From NCBI GenBank assembly GCA_963695855.1, contig CAVOHZ010000010.1, positions 1-64,000 of the forward strand: 64,000 nucleotides of DNA. Reading direction: 5' to 3'. How positions within the stretch are numbered: position 1 is the stretch's first letter; each line of letters begins with the position of its first letter. The notes under the pieces are model-generated. The model saw only the letters and a program-made list of their open reading frames with translations, had not been told where the DNA came from and made no database searches. This DNA comes from an uncultured Nitrososphaerales archaeon. GTDB taxonomy: Archaea > Thermoproteota > Nitrososphaeria > Nitrososphaerales > Nitrososphaeraceae. Both the position numbers and the translations under genes were made by a program. This document shows, one piece after another, positions 11,652 through 22,937 of this stretch.

Positions 11652-11891
11652 TTATTTTTTGGCCATAGTCACTTCAGTATTCCAATCACACTTTACATTT
11701 ATTTTAGCATGATGTTTTTCTACTGCTTCCTTGCTGGGTGCATCCAGGAGACAGTAACATAAATCACCTTCTCTGTTATAGAAAATGTTGATGTGAATAA
11801 CATCAAACTCGTCTTTGGCTAAATCTATCAAGTCTTCTATTTTACTGCCTGCCATAGAAGAAAGTTTGTGGACGTCTAAAAATATGGGTAT
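11652..11891 (-). CDS. DUF4242 / SCO4226-like nickel-binding small protein
   Basis: CYCLLDAPSKEAVEKHH motif. The frame extends upstream of the called start to (ATA)PIFLDVH, the usual N-terminus of this family. Confidence 0.75.
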   Translation of the reverse strand: MPIFLDVHKLSSMAGSKIEDLIDLAKDEFDVIHINIFYNREGDLCYCLLDAPSKEAVEKHHAKINVKCDWNTEVTMAKK

Positions 11892-12345
11892 GATTATGGT
11901 TTGAGAATGTATTTATTAATTTTTGCTAATTTTGTATGCAAAATTAAACTCACCTATACCTCTATTTGCCCCAGAAATACTGGCGTAAATCTCTGAGATT
12001 GGTTTAAGAGTTCAAAGCGTTCAAATCGCTATCCGACCTCGACTTGTGCAGTCCATCCATAACGTAAATGTACCAAATGGTTATCATTTCGGTTCATAAG
12101 CCTAAAACCAATCACAGGATATAGTTAATTTATTGGATAGTGAATTTCTCTTTATGGGGTCAGAAAGAAAAATCGTTATACTTTTCTTTCCCTCTTTAAC
12201 ATTTAAGATATTTGTTCTGTAACATAACGCATTTTAACAGATAGTACACAGAATACTATGATTTTTTTATAGCATTTTTAGAGAATCAATATTGGTAACA
12301 TAGTATTATTCAAATTCACTATACTGTGCTTACTCAAGCTGTTAG

Positions 12346-12417
12346 GAGAATGTATTAAGAGAATGTATTAAGAGAATGTATTAAGAGAATGTATTAAGAG
12401 AATGTATTAGGAGAATG
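12346..12417 (+). repeat. 13-bp tandem repeat GAGAATGTATTAA x5 plus partial, immediately 5' of gene B
   Basis: Units start at 12346, 12359, 12372, 12385, 12398 and 12411 (partial). The paralogous leaders have one copy. Confidence 0.92.
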
Positions 12418-14064
12418 AACTATCGAACCTTAGATATTCTCTTTCGGACACTAATAATCATGCTAGCTAATAAAGATAGTAGCAGCAAGAAGAAAGATTC
12501 AAAAAGAGGTCATTTTTTTTCATTGTTTTATGTCTCTCTTTTCGGATTCATATTCTTGTCAGGAACAATGCTAGGCATCCCATCAAGTTTTAAAACACAA
12601 CCAGTATCACTGGGAGTTCAGGATGCAGATGCACAACAGTATTACCCACCACAAATGGGCTATGACGACAGATCGTACGGAGGAGGAGATCAATATTATA
12701 GTAATTCCTACGACAACAAACGAAATGATAAAAGTTACGACGACAGATCGTACGGAGGAGCAGATCAATATTATAGTAATTCCTACGACAACAAACGAAA
12801 TGATAAAAGTTACGACAACAACAACAACGACTACAAATCACATGATAAAAAGAAAAGGAATTTTGCAGAGATAGAGAAGTTTGATAACAAGCTCTTCGTT
12901 TGTGACAACGGTATAGTGGTAGATGACAGGATCAACTGTCCAAAAATATGTCCGTTCAACACACCACTTGAAGGTGTCTATGTAACAGATCTAGACGTTT
13001 GTAACACTCAACCAGGTGTTGGTATTACATGTCCACTTGATACCGATTTACCGGGTGTAGTTGTAATAAATGAAGCAAATTGTAACATATTTGAAGAATG
13101 TGATGCATCATCGACTCCACTTGGTCAAGCATTAAACCAAGATGTTAAAGTTGCAGATTCTGCATTATGTCAGCTCTCAAACATACCAAACCTACAGATA
13201 TGTGATGATGGTCCATTTGAAGGATTTGCAGTTAACGACCAAGATGTCTGTGATACTCTTGATAGCGTTCAGATCTGTCTTGAAACTTCAGACTTACCAG
13301 GTGTACTTACTACCAACCAAGAAACATGTAACATCTTTGAAACATGTGATCTTAACACACCATTAGGTGCATCCATAGGTCAAAATGTTGAAGTAGTAGA
13401 TGCCGATATCTGTCAGTTGCAATTTGCAGTATGTGATTCAGATTCTGGATTAGCAAAAGCGTTAGGTCTTACTGGAGAAATTATAGTTGCAGATGAACAG
13501 CTCTGTGAATTAGAGGTAACCTCTGGTACAACAACATGTCCAGCCGGTTCTGATTTGGCAGGTGTTGTAGTGTTAGAAACACAAGCAAGACAAATATGCA
13601 GTCTACAAATACCACAAGTAGTTACATGTGATTCAGACTCTCCGTTAGGTGAGGCAGTAGGTCAGGGAACAGTTGAAGTTACAGATGTAAAACTCTGTGA
13701 ATTAGAGGTAACCTCTGGTACAACAACATGTCCACGCGGTACTGACCTTGCAGGGGTTGTAGTGTTAGAAGGACAACAAGGTGTAGTATGTAATTTCGTA
13801 GAATGTCCCGGAGGCACCAATCTCGTAGGTCATCTCTTAGCACCTGGAACAACACCAGCACAAATACAACAAATATGCAATCTTCCTGAGGGTGGAGGGT
13901 AAATCTGCTGTCTGCTTCTAGCGAAAAATCAACATCTACCAACAGTCAAATTGAAGCAAACGCTGTGCAATCTACTGAAGAGCCAAAAGAAAACATCCAA
14001 CCAGAATCAAGAACAACAGAAGACTACGGCACTTCCGTTGTTCAAGAAGTTCAACAATCGATAA
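12415..14064 (+). CDS. Secreted Cys-rich repeat protein (gene B); ORF stops at 13902 but the family tail lies downstream
   Basis: Type-A leader (probable start MLANKD at 12460), 75-bp Tyr/Asp tandem repeat (12661/12736) and Cys-loop core. Tail EQQKTTALPLFKKFNNR* ends at 14064 in the same frame. Confidence 0.85.
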
Positions 14065-14788
14065 TCATTCCAACCACTCATTTTTTTTGCTACTAAAACT
14101 TTTTATTCTTATTTTAAACAACAGTAAAATAAGTATAATTTGAAATATTTTGCTATTTTCCATCTTATTATAGAGAGAGGTCAAAAAAAAAGATGATATC
14201 ATTATTAATCTAATACTTTAAAGAATGATAGTCTTATTGAGCAAACAATCATAGTCTTGTTGAACAGATTTTTTGTTTCATGTTAAGGTCCTAAATAGAT
14301 TGTGATATTTTCTGTGTCTAAATGTGTTTCCATATGAAATTGATTTATCTTTAAATTTCTGCAATGGTTCTGTAAAGTAAAAAACCTGAACCTGTTTATT
14401 CTCTTTTTTAAATATTCTATTAAATTTGCTTTTCTTTATACAAGATGAGTGTTAATGTTATACTTATAAAAGATAATGAAACATGAATGTAATGATTCAG
14501 ATTGCTGGTCACTGATTCATAAACGTAAACATATGATTTTGCAGAGATAGGTTTTACACAAAGAGAAAAAGATTAACGATCATAATAGTTTATTAAGTGA
14601 CCCGGCTAATCGTCTTTGTGTCTGTTCCTACACTTAAAAATAGGGTAAGCGTCTAACAAAAATAGAGATATTCATAATTTTCTATGTATAGATAGCAAAA
14701 TGACCTTTAGTATTAATATTTTATCAGAGAAGGGGAAACATAATGCACGTCTATTACTACTAATATCCATATATATATTCTAGTGGCA

Positions 14789-14854
14789 AATGTTTGAAAT
14801 ACCAAACATTCATATGATTATTAGCAAATACCAAACATTCATATGATTATTAGC
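14789..14854. repeat. 29-bp tandem duplication overlapping an 8-bp inverted repeat
   Basis: aaataccaaacattcatatgattattagc at 14797 and 14826; aatgtttg...caaacatt inverted pair. Confidence 0.8.
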
Positions 14855-15101
14855 ACTTGATGTTTCTTAAAGTGTTTATAACTAGGTTGATAAACATAGT
14901 AGTATAATAAAGAAATAAGTTGAATTTTAAAATATTTATTAAATGATCGTGCATGAGTTACATCGATTTTAAAATTTGAAATGTGGCAAGAAGTATAAAA
15001 TTACAATGGTTCTACAAAATTAAAACTTAGGTTTGTAAAGTAGGTTTTATTACTAAGTAATCATAAGAAGATTTTTTTATAGTAATTTTAATATCAAATC
15101 C

Positions 15102-15263
15102 TTGGTAACATAGTATATTTAAATCGATGATATATCATATGATATAATTTTTTATACCAATTTTAAGATGAAATAGATGATAACATAGTTTTATTCGAAT
15201 TGATAATACTAACTTTAGTTAATCTATTAAGAGAATGAACTGTCGAACCTCAGATATTCTCTT
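15102..15263 (+). promoter_or_regulatory. Promoter cassette identical to 19506..19667, with 16-bp palindrome TATATCATATGATATA and AAGAGAAT-N19-ATTCTCTT inverted repeat
   Basis: ~160 bp read as identical upstream of genes C and D. Palindrome at 15131-15146; TAACATAGT occurs twice. Confidence 0.7.
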
Positions 15264-15283
15264 TTGAATATTAATAAAGTTGT

Positions 15284-18200
15284 ATGCTAACTAATAAAGA
15301 TAGTAGCAGCAAGAAGAAAGATTCAAAAAGAGGCTATTTTTTTTCATTGTTTTATGTCTCTCTTTTCGGATTCATATTCTTGTCAGGCACAATGCTAGGC
15401 ATCATCCCATCAAGTTTACAAACACAACCCGTATCCATGGGTTCGCAGGATGTATATGCACAGCAGCAGTATTACCCACCACCACAAAAGGCTTATGACG
15501 ACAAATCGTACAGGAGGAGGAGGAAGATTATTATAGTAACTCTTACGACAGCAATAGCTACAAGAGCTATGACTCTCACGATAAAAAGGAAAGGAATTTG
15601 GCAGAGATAGAGAAAGATGATAACAAACTATTCATCTGTGATAACGGTATAGTAGTAGATGACAGAATAAACTGTCCTCAAAAATGTCCGTTCAACACGC
15701 CACTTGAAGGCGTCTATGTCATGGACCTAGATGTATGTAACACTCAACCAGGTGTTGGTGTAACATGTCCACTTGATACCGATTTACCGGGTGTAGTTGT
15801 AACAGACGAGGCAAACTGTAACATCTTTGAGGTATGTGATGCATCATCGACTCCACTTGGTCAAGCATTAAACCAAGATGTTAAAGTTGCAGATTCTGCA
15901 TTATGTCAATTATCAAACGTACCCAATTTACAGATATGTGAAGATGGTCCATTTGAAGGATTTGCAGTTAACGACCAAGATGCTTGTGATACTTTAGACA
16001 ACGTACAGATATGTTCTCTAACTTCAGACTTGCCAGGTGTACTTACAACAGACCCAGCAACATGTAACATCTTTGAAACATGTGATCTTAACACACCATT
16101 AGGTGCATCATTAGGAACAAATGTTGAAGTAGTAGATGCCGATATCTGTCAGTTGCAATTTGCAGTATGTGATTCAGATTCTGGATTAGCAAGAGCGTTA
16201 GGTCTTACAGGTCCAATTGTAGTTGCAGATGAACAGCTCTGTGAATTAGAAGTTACTTCGGGTACAACAACATGTCCAGCCGGTTCTGATTTGGCAGGAG
16301 TTGTAGTCACAGCAGGACAAGCAGATGTAATATGCAATCTAGAAATACCACAAGTAGTTACATGTGATTCAGACTCTCCGTTAGGTGAGGCAGTAGGTCA
16401 GGGAACAGTACAGGTTACAGATGTAAAACTCTGTGAATTAGCGATAACTTCTGGTACAACAACATGTCCAGCCGGTTCTGATCTGGAAGGAGTTGTAGTC
16501 TTGGAAGGACAAGCAAATGTAATATGTAACCTAAACATACCAACGTTAGTTACATGTCCAACTACATCTGATATTGCAGGAGCTCAAGTAACCGACATTC
16601 GAATATGTGACCTCGATAACATAGATCTGATTCCATGTGCTGCAGGTACCAACAATGCAGGCGCACTAGTAACAGATGAAAGGCTGTGTCAAGCACCAAA
16701 CGATCAAAACAAGTGTCCGCCAGGTTCAGACCTTGAAAACGTCTATGTAATGAACCCTGATCTTGATGGTGCTTGTGACATATTTGAAGAGTGTGAACCA
16801 GACGATCCAATCTTTTCAGCATTACCAGAAGGTTCATCTACATTCGAAGTAGTTGACGACCAGATATGTGAGCTGACAATACCACCAGGATCAGAAGTAG
16901 ACTTAATTCCCTGTGATGGTGTACCAGGCAACAATCTACCCCCAGGTGCATTGGTAACAGATGAAGCTTTGTGTACCGCAGCTACTCCAGCAGAGCAGTG
17001 TCCACCAGAAACCGACTTGGAAGGTGTATGGGTAGTAGACGCAGGTGCTGAAGGAGCATGTGATATAGAACTGACAGTCGAGTGTCCACCTGGTACGTTA
17101 CTAGCAGGAGCAACCGTAACCGATGAGGATCTGTGTGACCTTGTTGATGTAGAAAATAAGGAATGTCAAATATGTGCAACCCTTGTAAACACCATATTAG
17201 CACCGAGTGCAGCAAATATAGTATTTGATGCTATTAATGCATATGACCCTAGCCCACCAGATGGAGAGACTGGCTTAGAAGCTATATGTACGTCTGATGA
17301 TCCAATCACCGCCGCCTATAATACATTTGTAGATCAGATACCCAATCCACCCGCCGATCCAGGTCTTCAACTATTTCTCAAAAACGAGTTCGCAAACTGT
17401 GAAGGCATAGAACAAACATGTGGTCTCCCAACAGTTGATGCAACTATAGATGGACCCTTCGCTCAGCCAAGAGATATAGCATTTGACCCGGTCTTTGACA
17501 GAATGTATGTAGTCACTCGAGATGGAGCTCCCACTAGTGGTTCTGTATCTGTAATTAATACCACTAACAACCTACAAATTCCAGGAAGTCCAATTCTAAA
17601 TGTCGGAACTAACCCATTTGGTGTAGCCTATGACCCTATTAATCTGGAGATGTATGTGACCGATTGTGAGAATACGGGTTGTACTACTGTTTCTAGAATT
17701 AATACTACATCAACCCCACCAGCCTTAATCCCCGGTCCAATTACAGTAGGAACTTCACCACTTAATTTAGCCTATGACCCAGGACATCAAACAATGTATG
17801 TCACCAATTTTGGTGGTACTACAGTCTCTGTAATTGATACAACACAAAACCCACCAGTTACAACCGATACAATTGGAGGATTTAATCAACCATGGGGTGT
17901 AGCGTATGACCCATTCCATGAAACAATGTATGTGACCAATTTTGGCAATGGTACTGTCTCTGTAATTGATACAGAAACAAACACAGTAGTAGGCGGTCCA
18001 ATTGCAGTAGGAACTGGACCAACTGATATAACATATGATGCGATACATGAGAGAATGTATGTAACCAATTTTGGTAGTGATTCAGTCTCCGTAATTGATA
18101 CAGAAACAAACACAGTAATAGACGGTCCAATTGCAGGATTGGGAGACGCTCCAGTATATGTAACCTTTGACCCCATCAATCTGAATATGTATGTGACCAA

Positions 18201-18372
18201 TCAACAAGGTACTACAGTCTCTGTAATCGATACAATAACAAACACTGTAATCGATACAATTGCAGTACAAAATGCGCCAATTGGTATAGCCTATGACCCA
18301 GAAAATCAGAGAATGTATGTGGGCAATCGAGATAGTAATAGTGTATCTGTCATAAATATCTGCCCCATCTAG
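15284..18372 (+). CDS. Secreted Cys-rich repeat protein with C-terminal 7-blade YVTN beta-propeller (gene C); frameshift near 15510
   Basis: Leader ORF 15284..15610 joins 15598..18372 at a GGA run. Seven D(P/A)xxxxMYV(T)N..TVSVIDT blades lie between ~17416 and 18372. Confidence 0.9.
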
Positions 18373-19505
18373 AGATAGAAAATCACTATGGCATGAACAC
18401 TACAACAACCTTTTTTTTTGCCTAAATTACTACAACAACCTTTTCCTATTTTTTGTCTAGCGAATTCATTCGTAAAATAACTCATCACATCAAATCTTAA
18501 TCATTATATCCATACAAATTTTGTTTAGTTTACAATTTGGTTGGCTATCGTTGATCTGGTTTCAGTTTTCTCTCAATGACTGGTTTATTGTCTGTAATTC
18601 TTCTATTTTTTTCTCTGAAAGTCTGCACCCTGTCTTTACAATTGTGGAACATTTAGAAACATCAATAACCTTTATTTTCTTAATTATTTTTAAATTGTAT
18701 TAACCTGTTAATACAAGTAATTGGTTCAAATCTCGTCCCCTCCAGACTACTAGGCATATTTTTCACTATAGTAAAGCTATACAAGTAAGACTTTATCTCA
18801 ATATCTGTGCCAAAATTATATATAGTAAATATAAAAACAACAACAAATTAAAGAAACTCAAGTTATTTCTTTAAAATTTAGATACGTTTAGTGCATTTCC
18901 AGTTTTTAATTGCCAAAATAAGATTTAAAGAAAGTTCAAATAAAAATAATTTTTTAACTCGGTCGCATACTCTTAAGGAATATTGACTCTGATGGTTATT
19001 TCTTTCTTTTGTCTCTATCTTTTATCTACAAAGCACTTTGATAGTTTAATTTTTCCCAATTTCATTGTAAGTAAGGATATCTGAATAATTTTCGCACCAA
19101 GCTATTCTATAATTTGGATATAGACAGTTGTAATAATTATTATCTTGACGATTAAATGATGTCTATCAGGTTTAAAAGGTGGAATTTAACCATAAAATAC
19201 TTCCCGGATTGTGATCTCTTAATTCTTTATTCCTTTTGTTCAGTTGGCCGCCCTTTAATATCAGACTTGCATCTTTCCTGTTTTAGAAATTACCATAAAG
19301 TTTTCTATCTCAATTTACACATTTTAGTATTATAAGACCCAATATTGCTGACTGTCTAATTCAAATTCTTGTGTTTTTACGATATAGGTACGAATCAAGA
19401 ATAAAATTTGCAACAGGTTAAAAATAAAACTTGAAATTTGATGAGAAGTTTGTTTACTAATTACCCTCTAGCAAATTTTTTTAGATCAATTTTAGTAGGT
19501 AAGGT

Positions 19506-19667
19506 TTGGTAACATAGTATATTTAAATCGATGATATATCATATGATATAATTTTTTATACCAATTTTAAGATGAAATAGATGATAACATAGTTTTATTC
19601 GAATTGATAATACTAACTTTAGTTAATCTATTAAGAGAATGAACTGTCGAACCTCAGATATTCTCTT
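19506..19667 (+). promoter_or_regulatory. Second copy of the gene C/D promoter cassette
   Basis: Matches 15102..15263; palindrome at 19535-19550. Confidence 0.7.
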
Positions 19668-21954
19668 TCGAACAGTAATAATCATGCTAGCTAATAAAGA
19701 TAGTAGCGGCAAGAAAGATACAAAAAGAGGCAATCTTTTTTCATTATTTTATGTCTCTCTTTTTGGATTCATATTCTTGTCTGGCACAATGCTAGGCATC
19801 CCATCAAGTTTTAAAACACAACCAGTATCACTGGAACTTCAGGATGCAGGTGCACAGGAATATTACCCATCACAAATGGGCTATGACGACAAATCGTACG
19901 GAGACGGCGGCGGAGGAGGAGGAGATTATTATAGTAACTCTTACGACAGCAGCAAATATGATAGTAGTAGCAGCTACAACAGCTATGACTCTCACGATAA
20001 AAAGAAAAGGAATTTGGCAGAGATAGAGAAAGATGATAACAAACTATTCATCTGTGATAACGGTATAGTAGTAGATGACAGAATAAACTGTCCTCAAAAA
20101 TGTCCGTTCAACACGCCACTTGAAGGCGTCTATGTCATGGACCTAGATGTATGTAACACTCAACCAGGTGTTGGTGTAACATGTCCACTTGATACCGATT
20201 TACCGGGTGTAGTTGTAACAGACGAGGCAAACTGTAACATCTTTGCTACCTGTGATGCATCATCGACTCCACTTGGTGTTGCTCTAGGACAGGACGTCAA
20301 AGTTGCAGATTCTGCATTATGTCAATTATCAAACGTACCCAATTTACAGATATGTGAAGATGGTCCATTTGAAGGATTTGCAGTTAACGACCAAGATGCT
20401 TGTGATACTTTAGACAACGTACAGATATGTTCTCTAACTTCAGACTTGCCAGGTGTACTTACAACAGACCCAGCAACATGTAACATCTTTGAAACATGTG
20501 ATCTTAACACACCATTAGGTGCATCATTAGGAACAAATGTTGAAGTAGTAGATGCCGATATCTGTCAGTTGCAATTTGCAGTATGTGATTCAGATTCTGG
20601 ATTAGCAAGAGCGTTAGGTCTTACAGGTCCAATTGTAGTTGCAGATGAACAGCTCTGTGAATTAGAAGTTACTTCGGGTACAACAACATGTCCAGCCGGT
20701 TCTGATTTGGCAGGAGTTGTAGTCACAGCAGGACAAGCAGATGTAATATGCAATCTAGAAATACCACAAGTAGTTACATGTGATTCAGACTCTCCGTTAG
20801 GTGAGGCAGTAGGTCAGGGAACAGTACAGGTTACAGATGTAAAACTCTGTGAATTAGCGATAACTTCTGGTACAACAACATGTCCAGCCGGTTCTGATCT
20901 GGAAGGAGTTGTAGTCTTGGAAGGACAAGCAAATGTAATATGTAACCTAAACATACCAACGTTAGTTACATGTCCAACTACATCTGATATTGCAGGAGCT
21001 CAAGTAACCGACATTCGAATATGTGACCTCGATAACATAGATCTGATTCCATGTGCTGCAGGTACCAACAATGCAGGCGCACTAGTAACAGATGAAAGGC
21101 TGTGTCAAGCACCAAACGATCAAAACAAGTGTCCGCCAGGTTCAGACCTTGAAAACGTCTATGTAATGAACCCTGATCTTGATGGTGCTTGTGACATATT
21201 TGAAGAGTGTGAACCAGACGATCCAATCTTTTCAGCATTACCAGACGGTTCATCTACATTCGAAGTAGTTGACGACCAGATATGTGAGCTGACAATACCA
21301 CCAGGAGCAGGAGTAGAATTAATCCCCTGTGATGGTGTACCAGGCAACAATCTACCCCCAGGTGCATTGGTAACAGATGAAGCTTTGTGTACCGCAGCTA
21401 CTCCAGCAGAGCAGTGTCCACCAGAAACCGACTTGGAAGGTGTATGGGTAGTAGACGCAGGTGCTGAAGGAGCATGTGATTTAGAAGGAATCCCAACCAT
21501 GCCGTGTCCAGCTGGTACGCTACTAGCAGGCGCAATGGTAACCTCTCTCGAATTGTGTGACCTTGTTGATGAAGACCTTAAGGAATGTCAAATATGTGCA
21601 GCCCTTGTAAACACTGTAGTGCCTCAAGAGATAGCAATGATGATATTTGAAGCAATTAACGCCCATACAGGTGGTCTAGTAGACATATGTACGACTGACG
21701 ATCCAAGCGCGACATATAATGGATTGCCTGGTTTACAAGGTGAGCAATACACCACAGCCAAGGCTAATTTCGCAGCCTGTTTAGATGCAGCAGGAGTCTC
21801 AAATGCACTCTCAGTCAACAGCAGTCCAGTTAAAGCGAGCAGTACCGATTCTAGCCCAGAACCAAAAACAGCCAGTCAAAACGTAGAGGTAAACACACAA
21901 ATAGAACAACCAAAGAAAACTTCAATTCCTTTGTTCAACTTCAACCTCCACTAA
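19639..21954 (+). CDS. Secreted Cys-rich repeat protein (gene D), intact
   Basis: 771-aa ORF with type-A leader, core near-identical to gene C (offset 4416), KECQICA helical domain and tail EQPKKTSIPLFNFNLH. Confidence 0.92.
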   Translation: MNCRTSDILFRTVIIMLANKDSSGKKDTKRGNLFSLFYVSLFGFIFLSGTMLGIPSSFKTQPVSLELQDAGAQEYYPSQMGYDDKSYGDGGGGGGDYYSNSYDSSKYDSSSSYNSYDSHDKKKRNLAEIEKDDNKLFICDNGIVVDDRINCPQKCPFNTPLEGVYVMDLDVCNTQPGVGVTCPLDTDLPGVVVTDEANCNIFATCDASSTPLGVALGQDVKVADSALCQLSNVPNLQICEDGPFEGFAVNDQDACDTLDNVQICSLTSDLPGVLTTDPATCNIFETCDLNTPLGASLGTNVEVVDADICQLQFAVCDSDSGLARALGLTGPIVVADEQLCELEVTSGTTTCPAGSDLAGVVVTAGQADVICNLEIPQVVTCDSDSPLGEAVGQGTVQVTDVKLCELAITSGTTTCPAGSDLEGVVVLEGQANVICNLNIPTLVTCPTTSDIAGAQVTDIRICDLDNIDLIPCAAGTNNAGALVTDERLCQAPNDQNKCPPGSDLENVYVMNPDLDGACDIFEECEPDDPIFSALPDGSSTFEVVDDQICELTIPPGAGVELIPCDGVPGNNLPPGALVTDEALCTAATPAEQCPPETDLEGVWVVDAGAEGACDLEGIPTMPCPAGTLLAGAMVTSLELCDLVDEDLKECQICAALVNTVVPQEIAMMIFEAINAHTGGLVDICTTDDPSATYNGLPGLQGEQYTTAKANFAACLDAAGVSNALSVNSSPVKASSTDSSPEPKTASQNVEVNTQIEQPKKTSIPLFNFNLH

Positions 21955-22357
21955 TTTTTTTTCAACCCCTTAATTTTTTTTATTCTGTATTAGTATCTTT
22001 TATTTTACTGAGAATAAATAATCATTTTAGAACTCGATAGATACCAATTTGTTATATGTTATTTGTTCTTTTCTTTTTAATTAAAAGAATAAATTGTTCT
22101 TTTTTTAGGGAACATCCAATTATTGTACTTACGCGGATCAATTGTAAATTCGTTTGAATACAAAGGTAACACTTGCTAATCTGCTATTAGTGAGCATATA
22201 AAAAATAAAATTTCAAATAAAATTTAATTTAATACATGAAAAGACAACTTTTTGTTTGATGAATGGAAGTCAGTTTATGTTTCCACAGCATTAGTTTATA
22301 CTGACGTAACTGAAACACGGAGTTATTTAAACAACAAAAAAGATGGAATAAGGCTAT

Positions 22358-22711
22358 TTGAGGGCAAATGCAAATGTTTCTGCAAGTACACTTCTTTGGT
22401 CTAAGAAGAATCTAATAATTTCTCTGTTATTCTATATTGGTTTTATTTTAACTATTATTTCACCTATTACAATAATGACAGCTTTATTATATGGAATGTT
22501 TGTATTACATGTAATTTTTGCACCACTGTCATTGATTGGTAGATTCATCATAGTGGGATATTTAGAAGGTCTAGATTATAAAATGGGAGATTCAAATGCA
22601 GTAAATTGGAAATACAGACCTTTAATAAATTTAATACTTTCATTTGTAGTCTCATGGCTGGTTTTCTACGCGATATTTAATTATAAAAAACATGAGTGGT
22701 TAACACGATGA
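22358..22711 (+). CDS. Small membrane protein (about 3 TM segments)
   Basis: 117 aa with three long hydrophobic stretches. Confidence 0.55.
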   Translation: MRANANVSASTLLWSKKNLIISLLFYIGFILTIISPITIMTALLYGMFVLHVIFAPLSLIGRFIIVGYLEGLDYKMGDSNAVNWKYRPLINLILSFVVSWLVFYAIFNYKKHEWLTR

Positions 22712-22937
22712 TAAAAATGAAAAACATGAATTCATATTCATTTATGTATGTTAATCTGTTTTCTAGTTTTATTTACTTTCCTCTTGTTCAGCATATTTTA
22801 TTTCGAATAATATTTTCATTTCTTTGCATTTCTCACCACCTGGTAAAGATATTAATTAGTTACAATTCTTCGTCTGGTATTTCTGTTGATGATAGGAACT
22901 GTATAGTATTTCAAATGAATGATATACAAGATTATTG

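Noticed and set aside
12060-12110. Possible tRNA-Met D-arm/anticodon remnant (tggttatc...ggttcataagcc)
   Set aside because: Stems do not pair convincingly and the order relative to the T-arm-like hairpin is wrong; not called as a tRNA.
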